64,000 nt of DNA, taken from Octopus sinensis (lineage: Eukaryota). Positions within the stretch are counted from its first letter, which is position 1. Each line of letters starts with the position of its first letter. Location: the NCBI RefSeq assembly GCF_006345805.1, contig NC_043013.1, positions 45,012,001 through 45,076,000 of the forward strand, written 5' to 3'. Below are positions 48,294 through 59,550 of this stretch, in pieces. The notes under the pieces are model-generated. The model worked only from the letters and a program-made list of their open reading frames with translations, was not told the origin of the DNA and did no database searches. The position numbers were made by a program, and so were the translations under genes.

Positions 48294-50967
48294 AACCCCA
48301 GGTCAACTTTGACTGATTAGACTTATCTAAATCATTCCAACCGTGACTGTTCCATCATTTTAGAGGTATAGAGGACTAACAAATGCACCCTTATTTAAAA
48401 CAGAAATGTGTGATTCGACAAAGGTTTGGCTGTCATTTCTAGCGGTTACAGTAACTGCATTGAGACTTCCTCATCAGCTCATTAGGTCGTTATGTAATTT
48501 GGTTGAGTTTGAAGATAACTGAACCAAATTATTTTTCAGTATTTAAATGTCTTGTTTTTAATTCCAAATCCTTCCAGAGTTTATAAACAATACTTAATAA
48601 TAAAACTAGGGTTTTTGCCAATCAACTACATACCTCTCATACAAATCTTGGCCTTGCAACTAGTCAAAACGAACACACACACACACACACACACAAAAAA
48701 AAAAAACAAAAGCTCATTTCAGTTACCTTCCTTTTAGATTTGAATTCAAATCCTGCCAGGGCCAACACTGCCTTTCATCCCTCCAGAATTAAACAAAATA
48801 TCTTGTACTCAAGTCAAAAAGCCATTGACAGTTCCACTTCCTCTTACTAAAAATATAGTGTTTGTGCCAAGGCAAAATATTTTCTTCCCTTTCTTGTAAA
48901 ACTATTTTTCATATCATGAAGAGGCATTATACTATATGCAAGGATGTATGTGTGTCTTTGTAGTTGGTATATAATTTGGAATACATAAATATATATATAA
49001 ACAAAAAAAAATACTCAAAATGATAAAGTGTTTTTATGTACATAACAACATTGTTGAGAATATGGTACCTTCTTACATTTGGAGCTCCTTTCTTCCACTG
49101 TCCCTTATATATTTTTCTCTCTGATGTATTTAAAAAAAAAAATCTATTTTCATGTATGAATGTAGATTTATATATGTGCGTGCGTGTGTGTATGTATATA
49201 TAGATATAAAGTGTATGTATGTGTGTGTGTGTGTGTGACCGTGTTTGTCTTCAGCCCATCTCAACAAATAAAAGGTATTTGGTTCAGATGAGGACCTTAC
49301 CTTGCATTAAACGGAAGGATGTTTGCCGTTGCTGCTCACATGCCATTGCAAACTCATATTGAAATCTCCCTACTACTCCGTCTCCTCTGTTGTACAGGGG
49401 GGGTGGAGATGTGGCAGTGTGGCTCAGTTTTTTTTTTTTTTTTTTTTTAATTACCTCCTAATGAGTCACTAATTGTAGCAACAGTGGCATTAACCTGCAG
49501 TGGACATTGCAGCAGCTACTGCTGTTGCTGCAGCTGCTATTTTGGACTGATAAACCCTTTTTTTTTTTTTCTGCTCTTAATGTAAATAAGCATATAATTT
49601 CCCTGCTCCCCTGATCATTCCATTAATTGTAAAACTGTTAAATAAATGCATTATTTCCTTTTTATAAATACTGTCTGTTTTTTTTGTTTATTTCCTGAAG
49701 ATCTTATATGAAGAGAGAAGTGAACTTGATCAATACTATTTGTTGTTGTTGTTCAGTCATGACTGAGAAGACTAATGATCAAAAAGTCTATGAGTTATGA
49801 TAATCTTTTTTTTTTTCTCTCTCTCTCTCTTTCGACTACAGTGTGTTTACAGTCAAATTACAATATTTTTTGATATACATACAAGTTCTTCTTCTTACAG
49901 TATTCACCTGGGGTGGGTTGAGCTGGCTTCATTGATCCTCAATGCTGCATCTCTCACAAACGCCGACCAGGCCTAGCGATTTGAGGCTAACAACCGCGTG
50001 ATCTCCAACCACTCCTTATTCCAGCGGCGAATGCCGTAGACATGGGGGCCTAGGTTGGGTTCCAGATTAGCCTTGACTGTCGTCAGCCAGGTTTTTCGTT
50101 GTCCACCACATTGCTTTTGCCAACCCTGAAGGGGAGCTGGGGCAATTGCTTCGTAGATGAATTCTCCTGGTTGATGACAGAGGGCATGACCCAGCCAATG
50201 CAGACGTCTCATTAGGATGACTTGTTGGAGGGAGGTGATTCTGCACTGGTGTCGCACCAAATTGTTGGAGACAAAGTGATGCCATCAGACAAAACACCCA
50301 TTGTCCTCAATGGTGATATTCTTGAAGAAGTTGAGTTTCAAATACCTTGGCGCCATCATTACAGCTACAGGTCAAGGTGAGGCTGACATTAAAACACGAA
50401 TTGACCTCGCTCACCAAGCCTTCAACCAACTCAGTGCACGACTCTGGTCAAGATCTGAGATCCGACGCACCACCAAAGTACGGATCTACCAAGCACTAGT
50501 GCGAACGATTCTCCTTTACGGCAGCGAGTCATGGCCAATGAGGGTGGAAGATATTAAGCGACTAGAATCCTTCGATCATCTCTGTCTACGCCGCATACAT
50601 ACAAGGTGAATTTTTCAGACCAAAATTTACGGCTTTTAGAAAAAAGTAAGTTGACTTGTTCACCAAGACAACTTTAGAGGACCGAAAATTCCATGTGAAA
50701 TACTGCAGGATTTGGAAGGATGATGCCAATGTTGAATAACCCCAGGTCAACTTTGACAGTTCCATCATTTTAGGGGTATAGAGAACTAACAAATGCACTC
50801 TTATTTGAAACAGAAATGTGTGATTCAACAAAGGTTTGGCTGTCATTTCTAGCAGTTTCAGTAACTGCATTGAGACTTCCTCATCAGCTCATTAGGTCAT
50901 TATGTAATATGGTTGAGTTTGAAGATAACTGAACTAAATTATTTTCAGTATTTAAATGTCTTGTTTT
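48294..50967. repeat. Dispersed about 260-bp direct duplication (48294-48557 and 50737-50967)
   Basis: aaccccaggtcaactttgac...cagtatttaaatgtcttgtttt is present twice; the second copy has an internal deletion of about 37 bp. Confidence 0.9.
49886..50594 (-). mobile_element. RTE LINE insertion with 5' inversion, (GAA)n tail and 11-bp TSD ATACATACAAG
   Basis: The plus segment 50290-50598 encodes IVLNGDILEEVE.FKYLG...LLYGSESW...CLRRI. The minus segment 50291 to 49886 continues LGV..WHHFVSN...WLGHAL... to the tail. TSD at 49875-85 and 50595-605. Confidence 0.9.
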
Positions 50968-51379
50968 GTAAACTGGAAAATACAGGATCCCATGTGCCAT
51001 TCATTCTGTTAAGATAGCAGAACGTAATTTAGGGAAATTTTAAAAAATTCTGGTACTACTTTGGTCTCCTTTACTGAACTGCAAACAAACCAACACTGGC
51101 TGTCAAACTGGTAGGCCACTAACACACACATACTTAATACATATATACATACACAATTGTGTGTGTATGTACTAGGCTTACAAAGAATAAGTCCTGGGGT
51201 CAATTTGCTCAACTAAAGGCGGTGCTCCAGCATGGCCGCAGTCACATGACTGAAACAGGTAAAAGAGTAATAATTATAAAAATATAGGATTTTTTTTTTA
51301 ACATGGAGATTCATCAGAATAAAAGAGGAATCAAATGGGGTCCATAGGCAAAAAATGGTTGAGAGCCATTGATCTAAGG

Positions 51380-51600
51380 CAGTGCTTTTCAACCTTTTTG
51401 CTGGAGCGGAACCCCAAGAAAACATTTCACTGGCTCGAGGAACCCCTGTGCAATAATTTAATAGTCTTATGCACACATATCTGCACAGGAGAATTTAAAA
51501 ATTACTGCCGATTTTAGCATTTTTGTAACTTCTTGCGGAACCCCTGGACTGTACTGGCGGGGACCCTAAGGTTCCACGAAACCCTGGTTGAAAACCACTG
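51380..51600. mobile_element. Second hAT MITE copy, TSD ATCTAAGG
   Basis: Near-identical to 42414; TSD at 51372-79 and 51601-08. Confidence 0.9.
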
Positions 51601-52633
51601 ATCTAAGGCATCAAAGTATAAGGTGAACATTGAGTTCCTAATTTCAGTATATGAGTGGACATACCAGCATGCAATGGGGTATGCTGTATCTTAAAAAACG
51701 AGGTGAATAGGCAACTAAGCGGTGATATGTCATCATTATCATTTGATATCTGCTTCCCATGCTGGCATGGGTTGGACGGTTTGACAAGGAGCTGTCCAGG
51801 TTCCAGCTCTTTCTTGAGGTATGGTGTCTACAACTGGATACCCTTCCTAACACCAACCACTTAGAGTGTGCTGGGTGCTTTCCGTGTACCAGCAGCACAG
51901 GTGTGTTTACTCAGCACTGACACAACTCTCTTTACTCTCTCTTTTACTTGTTTCAGTCATTTGACTGTGGCCATGCTGGAGCACCGCCTTTAGTCGAGCA
52001 ATTCGACCCCAGGACTTATTCTTTGTAAGCCTAGTACTTATTCTATCGGTCTCTCTTTTGCTGAGCTGTTAAGTTATGGGGATGTAAACACACCAGCATC
52101 AGTTGTCAAGAGATGTTGGGGGGACAAACACACACACACACATATATATACGACGGGCTTCTTTAAGTTTCCATCTACCAAATCTACTCACAAGGCTTTG
52201 GTCAGCCCGAGACTATAGTAGAAGACACTTGCTCAAGGTGCCACGCAGCGGGACTGAACCCAGAACCATGTGGTTGGAAAGCAAGCTATTTACCACACAG
52301 CACTGACATGGGTGCTGTATATGTGGAAGACCACTTAGCTTGATATGTCTTATCAAGTACAGCAAAACACCACATCTCCCATTCCCTTATCATTTCCATG
52401 TATAACTACAAACTTGTTATCAGTTCAATTATACATGGGGCGTATTCAAAGCCATTCAGTGTATTTTGTCATGGAGATGTTTACACCTATTTATCTATGG
52501 TGAGAAATTTTCTCTATAACGAGATATAATGATTGGTTTTCTTAGGGTTCAAATATGCCCCAAACATAGTTGTACCGATAACGGGCTTCCTCACATTTCC
52601 ATCCCCCAAATTCCCTCAAAAAGCATTGGTTGA

Positions 52634-53056
52634 AAGGCAGTGAGCTGGCAGAAACGTTAGCACACCAGGCAAAATACTTAGTGGTATTTCATCTGCCGTT
52701 ATGTTCTGAGTTCAAATTCCGCCGAGGTCGACTTTGCCTTTCATCCTTTCGGGGTCGAAAAATTAAGTACCAGTTACGCACTGGGGTCGATGTAATCGAC
52801 TTAATCTGTTTGTCTGTCCTTGTTTGTCCCCTCTATGTTTAGCCCCTTGTGGGTAATAAAGAAACAGGTATTTCGTCTGCCATTACGTTCTGAGTTCAAA
52901 TTCCGCCGAGGTCGACTTTGCCTTTCATCTTTTTGGGGTCAATAAATTAAGTACCAGTTACGCACTGGGTTCGATGTAATCAACTTAATCTTAATCTTTG
53001 TCTGTCTTTGTTTGTCCCCTCTATGTTTAGGCCCTTGTGGGCAATAAAGAAATAAG
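52634..53056 (+). mobile_element. Dimeric family-C SINE (one head, 2 x 184-bp unit), 14-bp TSD AAAGCATTGGTTGA
   Basis: Units start at 52684 and 52868; TSD at 52620-33 and 53057-70. Confidence 0.85.
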
Positions 53057-56000
53057 AAAGCATTGGTTGACCTGAGGTTGTAGTAGAAGACACCCAAGAT
53101 GCTGTGTAGTGGGACTGAACCTGAGACCATGTAGTTGCAAAGCAAGCTTCTTAACATCACACCCGTGAGCAAATGTGCTGTTTTTAAGTTTTTAGAAGTG
53201 GAGTATAATTTGAGGTAGATTTATTTGGCTGCTATTTTTAGTAGATCAGGCAATGACACGGTATCATAGTTGCCAACAGGTTGTCTGCAAACTCATGAAC
53301 TAAGTTCAAAATTTCATGACTCTGCAGTTTATAAAACAATTACTCATGAAAATGCTGATAAAGATAAACCATAAAAATTTGAAAGTAGTTTCCAAACCTT
53401 CAAGAATAATCTAAATTTTGCAGATGCCTTTTAAAACATGATCAACACTTAAAACTAGGTTTCATTGAGCCAGAAATCTGGAACCTCATCTCAATCAAGC
53501 AGCATCATTTATCTCATTAAACAAGTAATTCTGTTGCTTATTTTGTTGTATATTCATAGGCACAGGTGTGCTGTGTGGTAAGAGGCTTGCTTCCCAACCA
53601 CATGGTTCCAGGTTCAGTCCCACTGTGTGGCACCTCGGGTAAAAATCTACCAATGTCTTGTGAGTGGATTTGGTAGATGGAAACTGAAAGAAGCCTGTTA
53701 TATATATGTGTGTTTGTCCTCCACTGCCACTTGACAACTGGTGTTGGTGTGTTTACATTCCCATACTTTAGGGGCTCAACAAAAATGACAATACTGGAGT
53801 TGATTCAATCAACTAAAAAGTTTGTCATGGTGGTGCCCCAGCATGGCCACAGTCTAATGACTAAAGCCAGTAAAAGATAAAAGATGTATAACTTACAGTT
53901 AAGAGATAAAACTGAGAAGAGGAGTTTGTTAGTAATTACTGAAAATGTTTTGTTCATGAGACAAAATTTCTAAAACCCTGAGATTTGTGTGAAAAGGTTG
54001 CAAGACGCAACAAAAATTTTAGGAAAATAGAAATAGGAACTCACATAAAGAATCTTGCAAACCAAATCCAAAAACGAAGTATTATAAGCTTTAGCCAAGC
54101 TAGCAAGACATTGAGAAACACTGTGTTCTGCTGTCTAAAAATCAAAATAGCTACCCGACAGCTCCACTTCATTAAAACATGCATCTCCTCCAACCTATAC
54201 ACAAAATTTATTTACATAAAAACAGCCCTTTATAGGGAAAAAAGGTGAGAATCATTGAAAGTGAAAGCCCATGGCTAAGTGGTTAGGGGTGTTTGGCTCA
54301 CAATGATAAGGTTGTAAGTTCAATACCAAGCGGCATTTTGTGTCCTTGAGCAAGACACTTTACTGCTCCAGTCCACTTAGCTAACAAAAATGAGTTGTAC
54401 CTGTAATTCAAAGGGCCAGCCTTGTCACATTCTGTGTCATGCTGAATCTCTGAGAACTACGTTAAGGGTCGTGGCCATTGCCAGTACTGCCTGACTGGCC
54501 CTCATGCCAGTGGCACATAAAAGCACCCACTACACTCTCAGAGTGGTTGGCGTTAGGAAGGGCATCCAGCTGTAGAAAATCTGCCAGATCAGACTGGAGT
54601 CTGGTGCAGCCATCTGGTTCGCCAGACCTCGGTCAAATCATCCAACCCATACTAGAGTGGAAAACAGACATTAAACGATGATGCTGATGATGTCTGTGGA
54701 GTGCTCAGCCACTTACATGTTAATTTGATGAGCAGGCTGTACCATTGATTGAATCAACTGAACCTTCACTGTCAAAACTGATGCAGTGCCAGTTGTTTAG
54801 CCTCATGTTCTACTCCAGCAGACCTTGTGTTCCAGCAGTGACCATCCCATATTGAATTAAGCTGACATAGTAGTATCCTGGACTATATTACCCAATGTGT
54901 GTTTTTTAAACAATGATACAGTGTAATTTGAGGGAGATTTCACTGCTATTTTTAGCAGTGTGAGCGTCCATGCAGGAGTGGCTGTGTGGTAAGTAGCTTG
55001 TTTACCAACCACATGGTTCTGGGTTCAGTCCTACTGCGTGGCACCTTGGGCAAGTGTCTTCTACTATAGCCTCAGGCCGACCAAAGCCTTGTGAGTGGAT
55101 TTTGTAGACGGAAACTGAAAGAAGCCTGTCGTATATATATATGTATATATGTTTGTGTGTCTGTGTTTGTCCACCCAACATCACTTGACTACCGATGCTG
55201 GTGTGTTTACGTCACCGTAACTTAGTGGTTTGGCAAAAGGGACCGATAGAATAAGTACTAGGCTTACAAAGAATAAGTCCTGGGGTCGATTTGCTCAACT
55301 AAAAGTGGTGCTCCAGCATGGCCACAGTCAAATAACTGAAACAAGTAAAAGAATAAAGAAAGAGTAAAATATTTTGTGCAGTGTAGAAGTACAGGGTGGG
55401 CCAAAAGTCACACACCAAAACATTTGACGTATTTATCCTATCTTTTCAGGGTCAATAAAATAGGTCCCTGTTGAACACTGGGGATGATGTAATCGATTTC
55501 CCCCCTTCCCTGAAATTGCTGGCTTTGTGCCAAAATTAGAAGTCAATATTATTTTTATTAATTTTGTTTATTAAGTACTTGTATATTCATTATTGTTTTT
55601 ATTTTGTTCAGATTTAGAAAAACTTCAACCATTCCAGTCATGCCCACCATGCATGACTAATTTATTGCTCTGAAACTCTAACAACAAAATCTGATATGGG
55701 CCTCAGTTGAGAACCACTGCTTTAGATGTTTGACTAATTTTGCTTGATCAGTCAAGACTGATCTAAAATCAATTAAGTTCAATCAATCAAGACAGGTCTA
55801 AGATCAAACAGTTTCAATAACTTGCTGAATTTTACCTTTCAAACCTAATTAGCAGTTGATGATATATTAAACACTGCCTAAACTTGTCTATGTAAAAGGT
55901 AGATGTTAGCAATGCTATACTGGGCCCTGAACACTCAGATAGCAGCAAAATTTCCAAGAAATTTTCTAATTCAATTGAAAGTATAGCTCATTGGCGAACA

Positions 56001-56154
56001 TTGTCCTAGGCACGATGTAATAAATAAAAAAAAAAAGAGTTGATAATCATGATGAGAACATACATGATCGTAGCTAAATTGATCAGATCTGGTATGCAAC
56101 TAAACAAACACATTTTTTCCCTCTGCTCAGATTATCCATCATACCTGTTTTATG

Positions 56155-57053
56155 GCAGTGTTTCTATGGCTGGATGCCCTTCCTAACGCCAACCACTCCG
56201 TGAGTGTAGTGGGTGCTTTTTACGTGCCACCTGCACAGGAGCCAGACGGAGCTGGCAAACGGCCACAAACGGATGGTGCTTTTACGTGCCACCGGCACAG
56301 GGGCCAGGCGAGGCTGGCAACGGACACGAATGGATGGTGTTTTTATGTGCCACTGGCACGGGGCCAGGCGAGGCTGGCAACGGACACGAATGGATGGTGC
56401 TTTTACGTGCCACCGGCACAGGGGCCAGGCGAGGCTGGCAGCGGACACGAATGGATGGTGCTTTTATGTGCCACTGGCACGGGGCCAGGCGAGGCTGGCA
56501 ACGGACACGAATGGATGGTGCTTTTACGTGCCACCGGCACAGGGGCCAGGCGAGGCTGGCAGCGGACACGAATGGATGGTGCTTTTATGTGCCACTGGCA
56601 CGGGGCCAGGCGAGGCTGCAACGGACACGAATGGATGGTGCTTTTACGTGCCACCACGGCACAGGGGCCAGGCGAGGTGGCAACGGACACGAATGGATGG
56701 TGCTTTTACGTGCCACCGGCACAGGAGCCAGACGGAGCTGGCAAACGGCCACAAACGGATGGTGCTTTTACGTGCCACCGGCACGGAGGCCAGGCGAGGC
56801 TGGCAACGGCCACGAACAGATGGTGCTACGTGCCACCGGCACGGGGGCCAGGCGGGGCTGGCAACAGATACAAGTGGAGGGTGCTTTTACGTGCCACCGG
56901 CACGGAGGCCAGTCGGGGCGGCGCTGGCAACGGCCACGATCGGATGGTTCGCTTACTTGTCATGCAGCCTTCTGGCTTCACAGACCCCAGTTGAACCGTC
57001 CAACCCATGCCAGCATGGAAAACGGACGTTAAACGATGATGATGATGATGATA
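56155..57053 (+). mobile_element. Family-A retroposon with about 12 internal 58-63 bp tandem units and an inverted 5' part
   Basis: 56155-56950 is antisense to the family consensus; 56963-57053 is the sense 3' end with the (GAT)n tail. Confidence 0.85.
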
Positions 57054-57122
57054 TATAAAACAGTCAAGTTCCAGGTTCGGTGATTATGCGAATAAGGGGT
57101 CCAACTTAGGTCATATATCCTA

Positions 57123-57240
57123 TAATGAGATAACAAACCAAGGCTGTGTAGATTTTAGAACATTTATAAATAGAAAGTCTTACAGCCTTCTATTTATAAA
57201 TGTTCTAAAATCTACACGGCCTTGGTTTGTTATCTTATTA
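57123..57240. repeat. Near-perfect 53-bp-stem hairpin, 12-nt loop
   Basis: Arms 57123-57175 and 57188-57240 differ at two positions, both G:U-compatible on the plus strand. Confidence 0.9.
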
Positions 57241-57308
57241 CGGGGAAAAATTTTTTTTATATATATATACACACACACACCACACGTGTGTGTGTATGTA
57301 TATGTATA

Positions 57309-57366
<58 letters not shown>

Positions 57367-57613
57367 GTATGTATGTGCAGGTGGCACATAAATGTCAAAG
57401 TGTAGTACAATGGTTTTGCTGGCGAATTTATTTTTTCTTTTTCTGAAAAACCAACATTTTGGACTTGTGACACTTTTGCATAATAGTACTGATATATATG
57501 TATATATATATAAAGTTAATCCAAACATGAAAACACAAAGAGAAAACAACAACGCGAGGACATGGAACAAATATAGTATAATTGGACGCTCAGGAAGGAA
57601 GGGAAGAAGGAGG

Positions 57614-57648
57614 GTTTAACGTTTCGAGCGGAGCTCTTCGTCAGAAAC
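57614..57648 (-). ncRNA. Minimal Penelope-type type I hammerhead ribozyme motif
   Basis: Minus strand GTTT-CTGACGA-A-GAGC tcc GCTC-GAAA-CGT-T-AAAC: core intact apart from one extra A before stem II; 4-bp stems I and II; loopless palindromic stem III (ACGT). Confidence 0.65.
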
Positions 57649-57727
57649 ATAGGAGAAGGGAAGATGGAGGAAAAAAAATCGCCAACAGTACACACGCGGT
57701 CACATTTTATAAATATATATATATTTA

Positions 57728-58410
57728 TAAGATACATATATAGGGTAGCGAATATTCTTAGAAATATCACCACCAGTGGCCTAGCATGTATAAATAGTCA
57801 ATAGACAACATATTCTCAATATCAAATAGTGTACATTTAAACACAAGAGAAAACTACCTTTAACAGGTAATTGTTACATGCTAGAAGAAGCAGCCAAAAC
57901 GACCACAACCACATTTAATAGCAATTTTCGAAGGGAATGAAAAATAAAAACTTTTACCTTGTTATTTTTTGCAGTTACACCTAGGTTTCAAATTTCTTTA
58001 GCAAATAAAATAATTAGCTAGGCGAATTCTCATCAGTAACCGTACCTTAACAACTAACATGCAATTCAGAGACAAATAACACGTGTCCCATCATTATATG
58101 TTATAGTTTTTCAAAATTCACAGCGCAAGTGCAGTTTCAGTCAGCAGTAAATGGATAATGCCAAGCTGATTCTTCGAAAATGCTAAGATCAAAATTCGTA
58201 AGATACATATATAGGGTAGGGAATATTCTTAGAAATATCACCACCAGTGGCCTGGCATGTATAAATAGTCAATAGACAACATATTCTTAATATAAAATAG
58301 TGTACATTCGGAACACAAGAGAAAACTAACCTTTAACAGGTAATTTGCTATTAAATGTGGATTGGGTCATTTTGACTGCTTCTTCTAGCATGTAAAAATT
58401 ACCTGTAAAA
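57728..58410. repeat. About 145-bp direct duplication (57728 and 58199) followed by an inverted about 65-bp block
   Basis: taagatacatatatagggtag...ctttaacaggtaatt occurs twice; 58345-58410 is the reverse complement of 57858-57924. Confidence 0.8.
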
Positions 58411-58579
58411 GATATAACAGGTTTGATTTGATGAAAATGTGGTTGCTATTTCTGGCATGTGTAACGACCACATAGAGGCTCCATCTTCAGCTCTAGAAGG
58501 TAGTCGCTTTAACTCAAATGGGTCCTGATGCACAAACTTAATCAGTCACTCCAGCTGTGACCCCGTAATTTTAGGAGTA

Positions 58580-58807
58580 CAGTAATCCCTCGACTATCGC
58601 GGATGCTACATTCCACCACCCACCGACACCCGCGCTAGGCGAAAATCAGCGAAGTAGAAATAGTACTGTACTGTATATTTTTTAATCATTTTTATAATTT
58701 ATATACATTTATTGTATCATAAATGCAAAACAACATGACGGAGGAATCGACGTAAGCTTAAATAATAAATCGCGATAAGTGAACCGCGAGATGGCGAGGG
58801 ATTACTG
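58580..58807. mobile_element. Tigger/pogo-like MITE
   Basis: TA|CAGTAATCCCTCG ... CGAGGGATTACTG|CA. Confidence 0.8.
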
Positions 58808-58957
58808 CATTGAAGACTGCACTATGTACGTATCCTTTCTCTTGCGTGAATTATCTCCCTTGACACCAAGTTGCCTTTGAGGCTATTATTTTTCCTGGCT
58901 ATCCAACTGGAGAACAGTCACAGCCAAAACTGTGACTGGCTGGAAACAGAAGCCAAG

Positions 58958-59550
58958 AAGGCGGCGAGCTGGCAGAAACGTTAGCACACCGGGTTAAATG
59001 CTTTGCGGTATTTCGTCTGCCCTTACGTTCTGAGTTCAAATTCCGCCGAGGTCAACTTTGCCTTTCATCCTTTCAGGCTCGATAAATTAAGTACCAGTTA
59101 CGCACTAGGGTCGATGTAATCGACTTAATCCGTCTGTCCTGTCCTTGTTCGTTCCCTCTATGTTTAGCCCCTTGTGGGTAGTAAAGAAATAGGTATTTCG
59201 TCTGCCGCTACGTTCTGAGTTCAAATTCCACCGTGGTCGACTTTGCCTTTCATCCTTTCGGGGTCGATAAATTAAGTACCAGTTACGCACTGGGGTCGAT
59301 GTAATCGACTTAATCCGTCTGTCTGTCCTTGTTCGTTCCCTCTGCGTTTAGCCCCTTGTGGGTAGTAAAGAAATAGGTATTTCGTCTGCCGCTACGTTCT
59401 GAGTTAAAATTCCACCGTGGTCGACTTTGCCTTTCATCTTTTCGGGGTCAATAAATTAAATACCAGTTACGCACTGGGGTCGATGTAATCGACTTAATCC
59501 CCTTGTGTGTCTCCTCTATGTTTAGCCCCTTGTAGGCAATAAAGAAATAA
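58958..59550 (+). mobile_element. Trimeric family-C SINE (one head, 3 x about 184-bp unit), 15-bp TSD GAAACAGAAGCCAAG
   Basis: Units start at 59008, 59193 and 59377; TSD at 58943-57 and 59551-65. Confidence 0.85.

Noticed and set aside
56152-57058. Three overlapping 250-280 aa ORFs; array superficially CRISPR-like
   Set aside because: Stop-free tandem units of a retroposon; no unique spacers, no cas genes, eukaryotic context.
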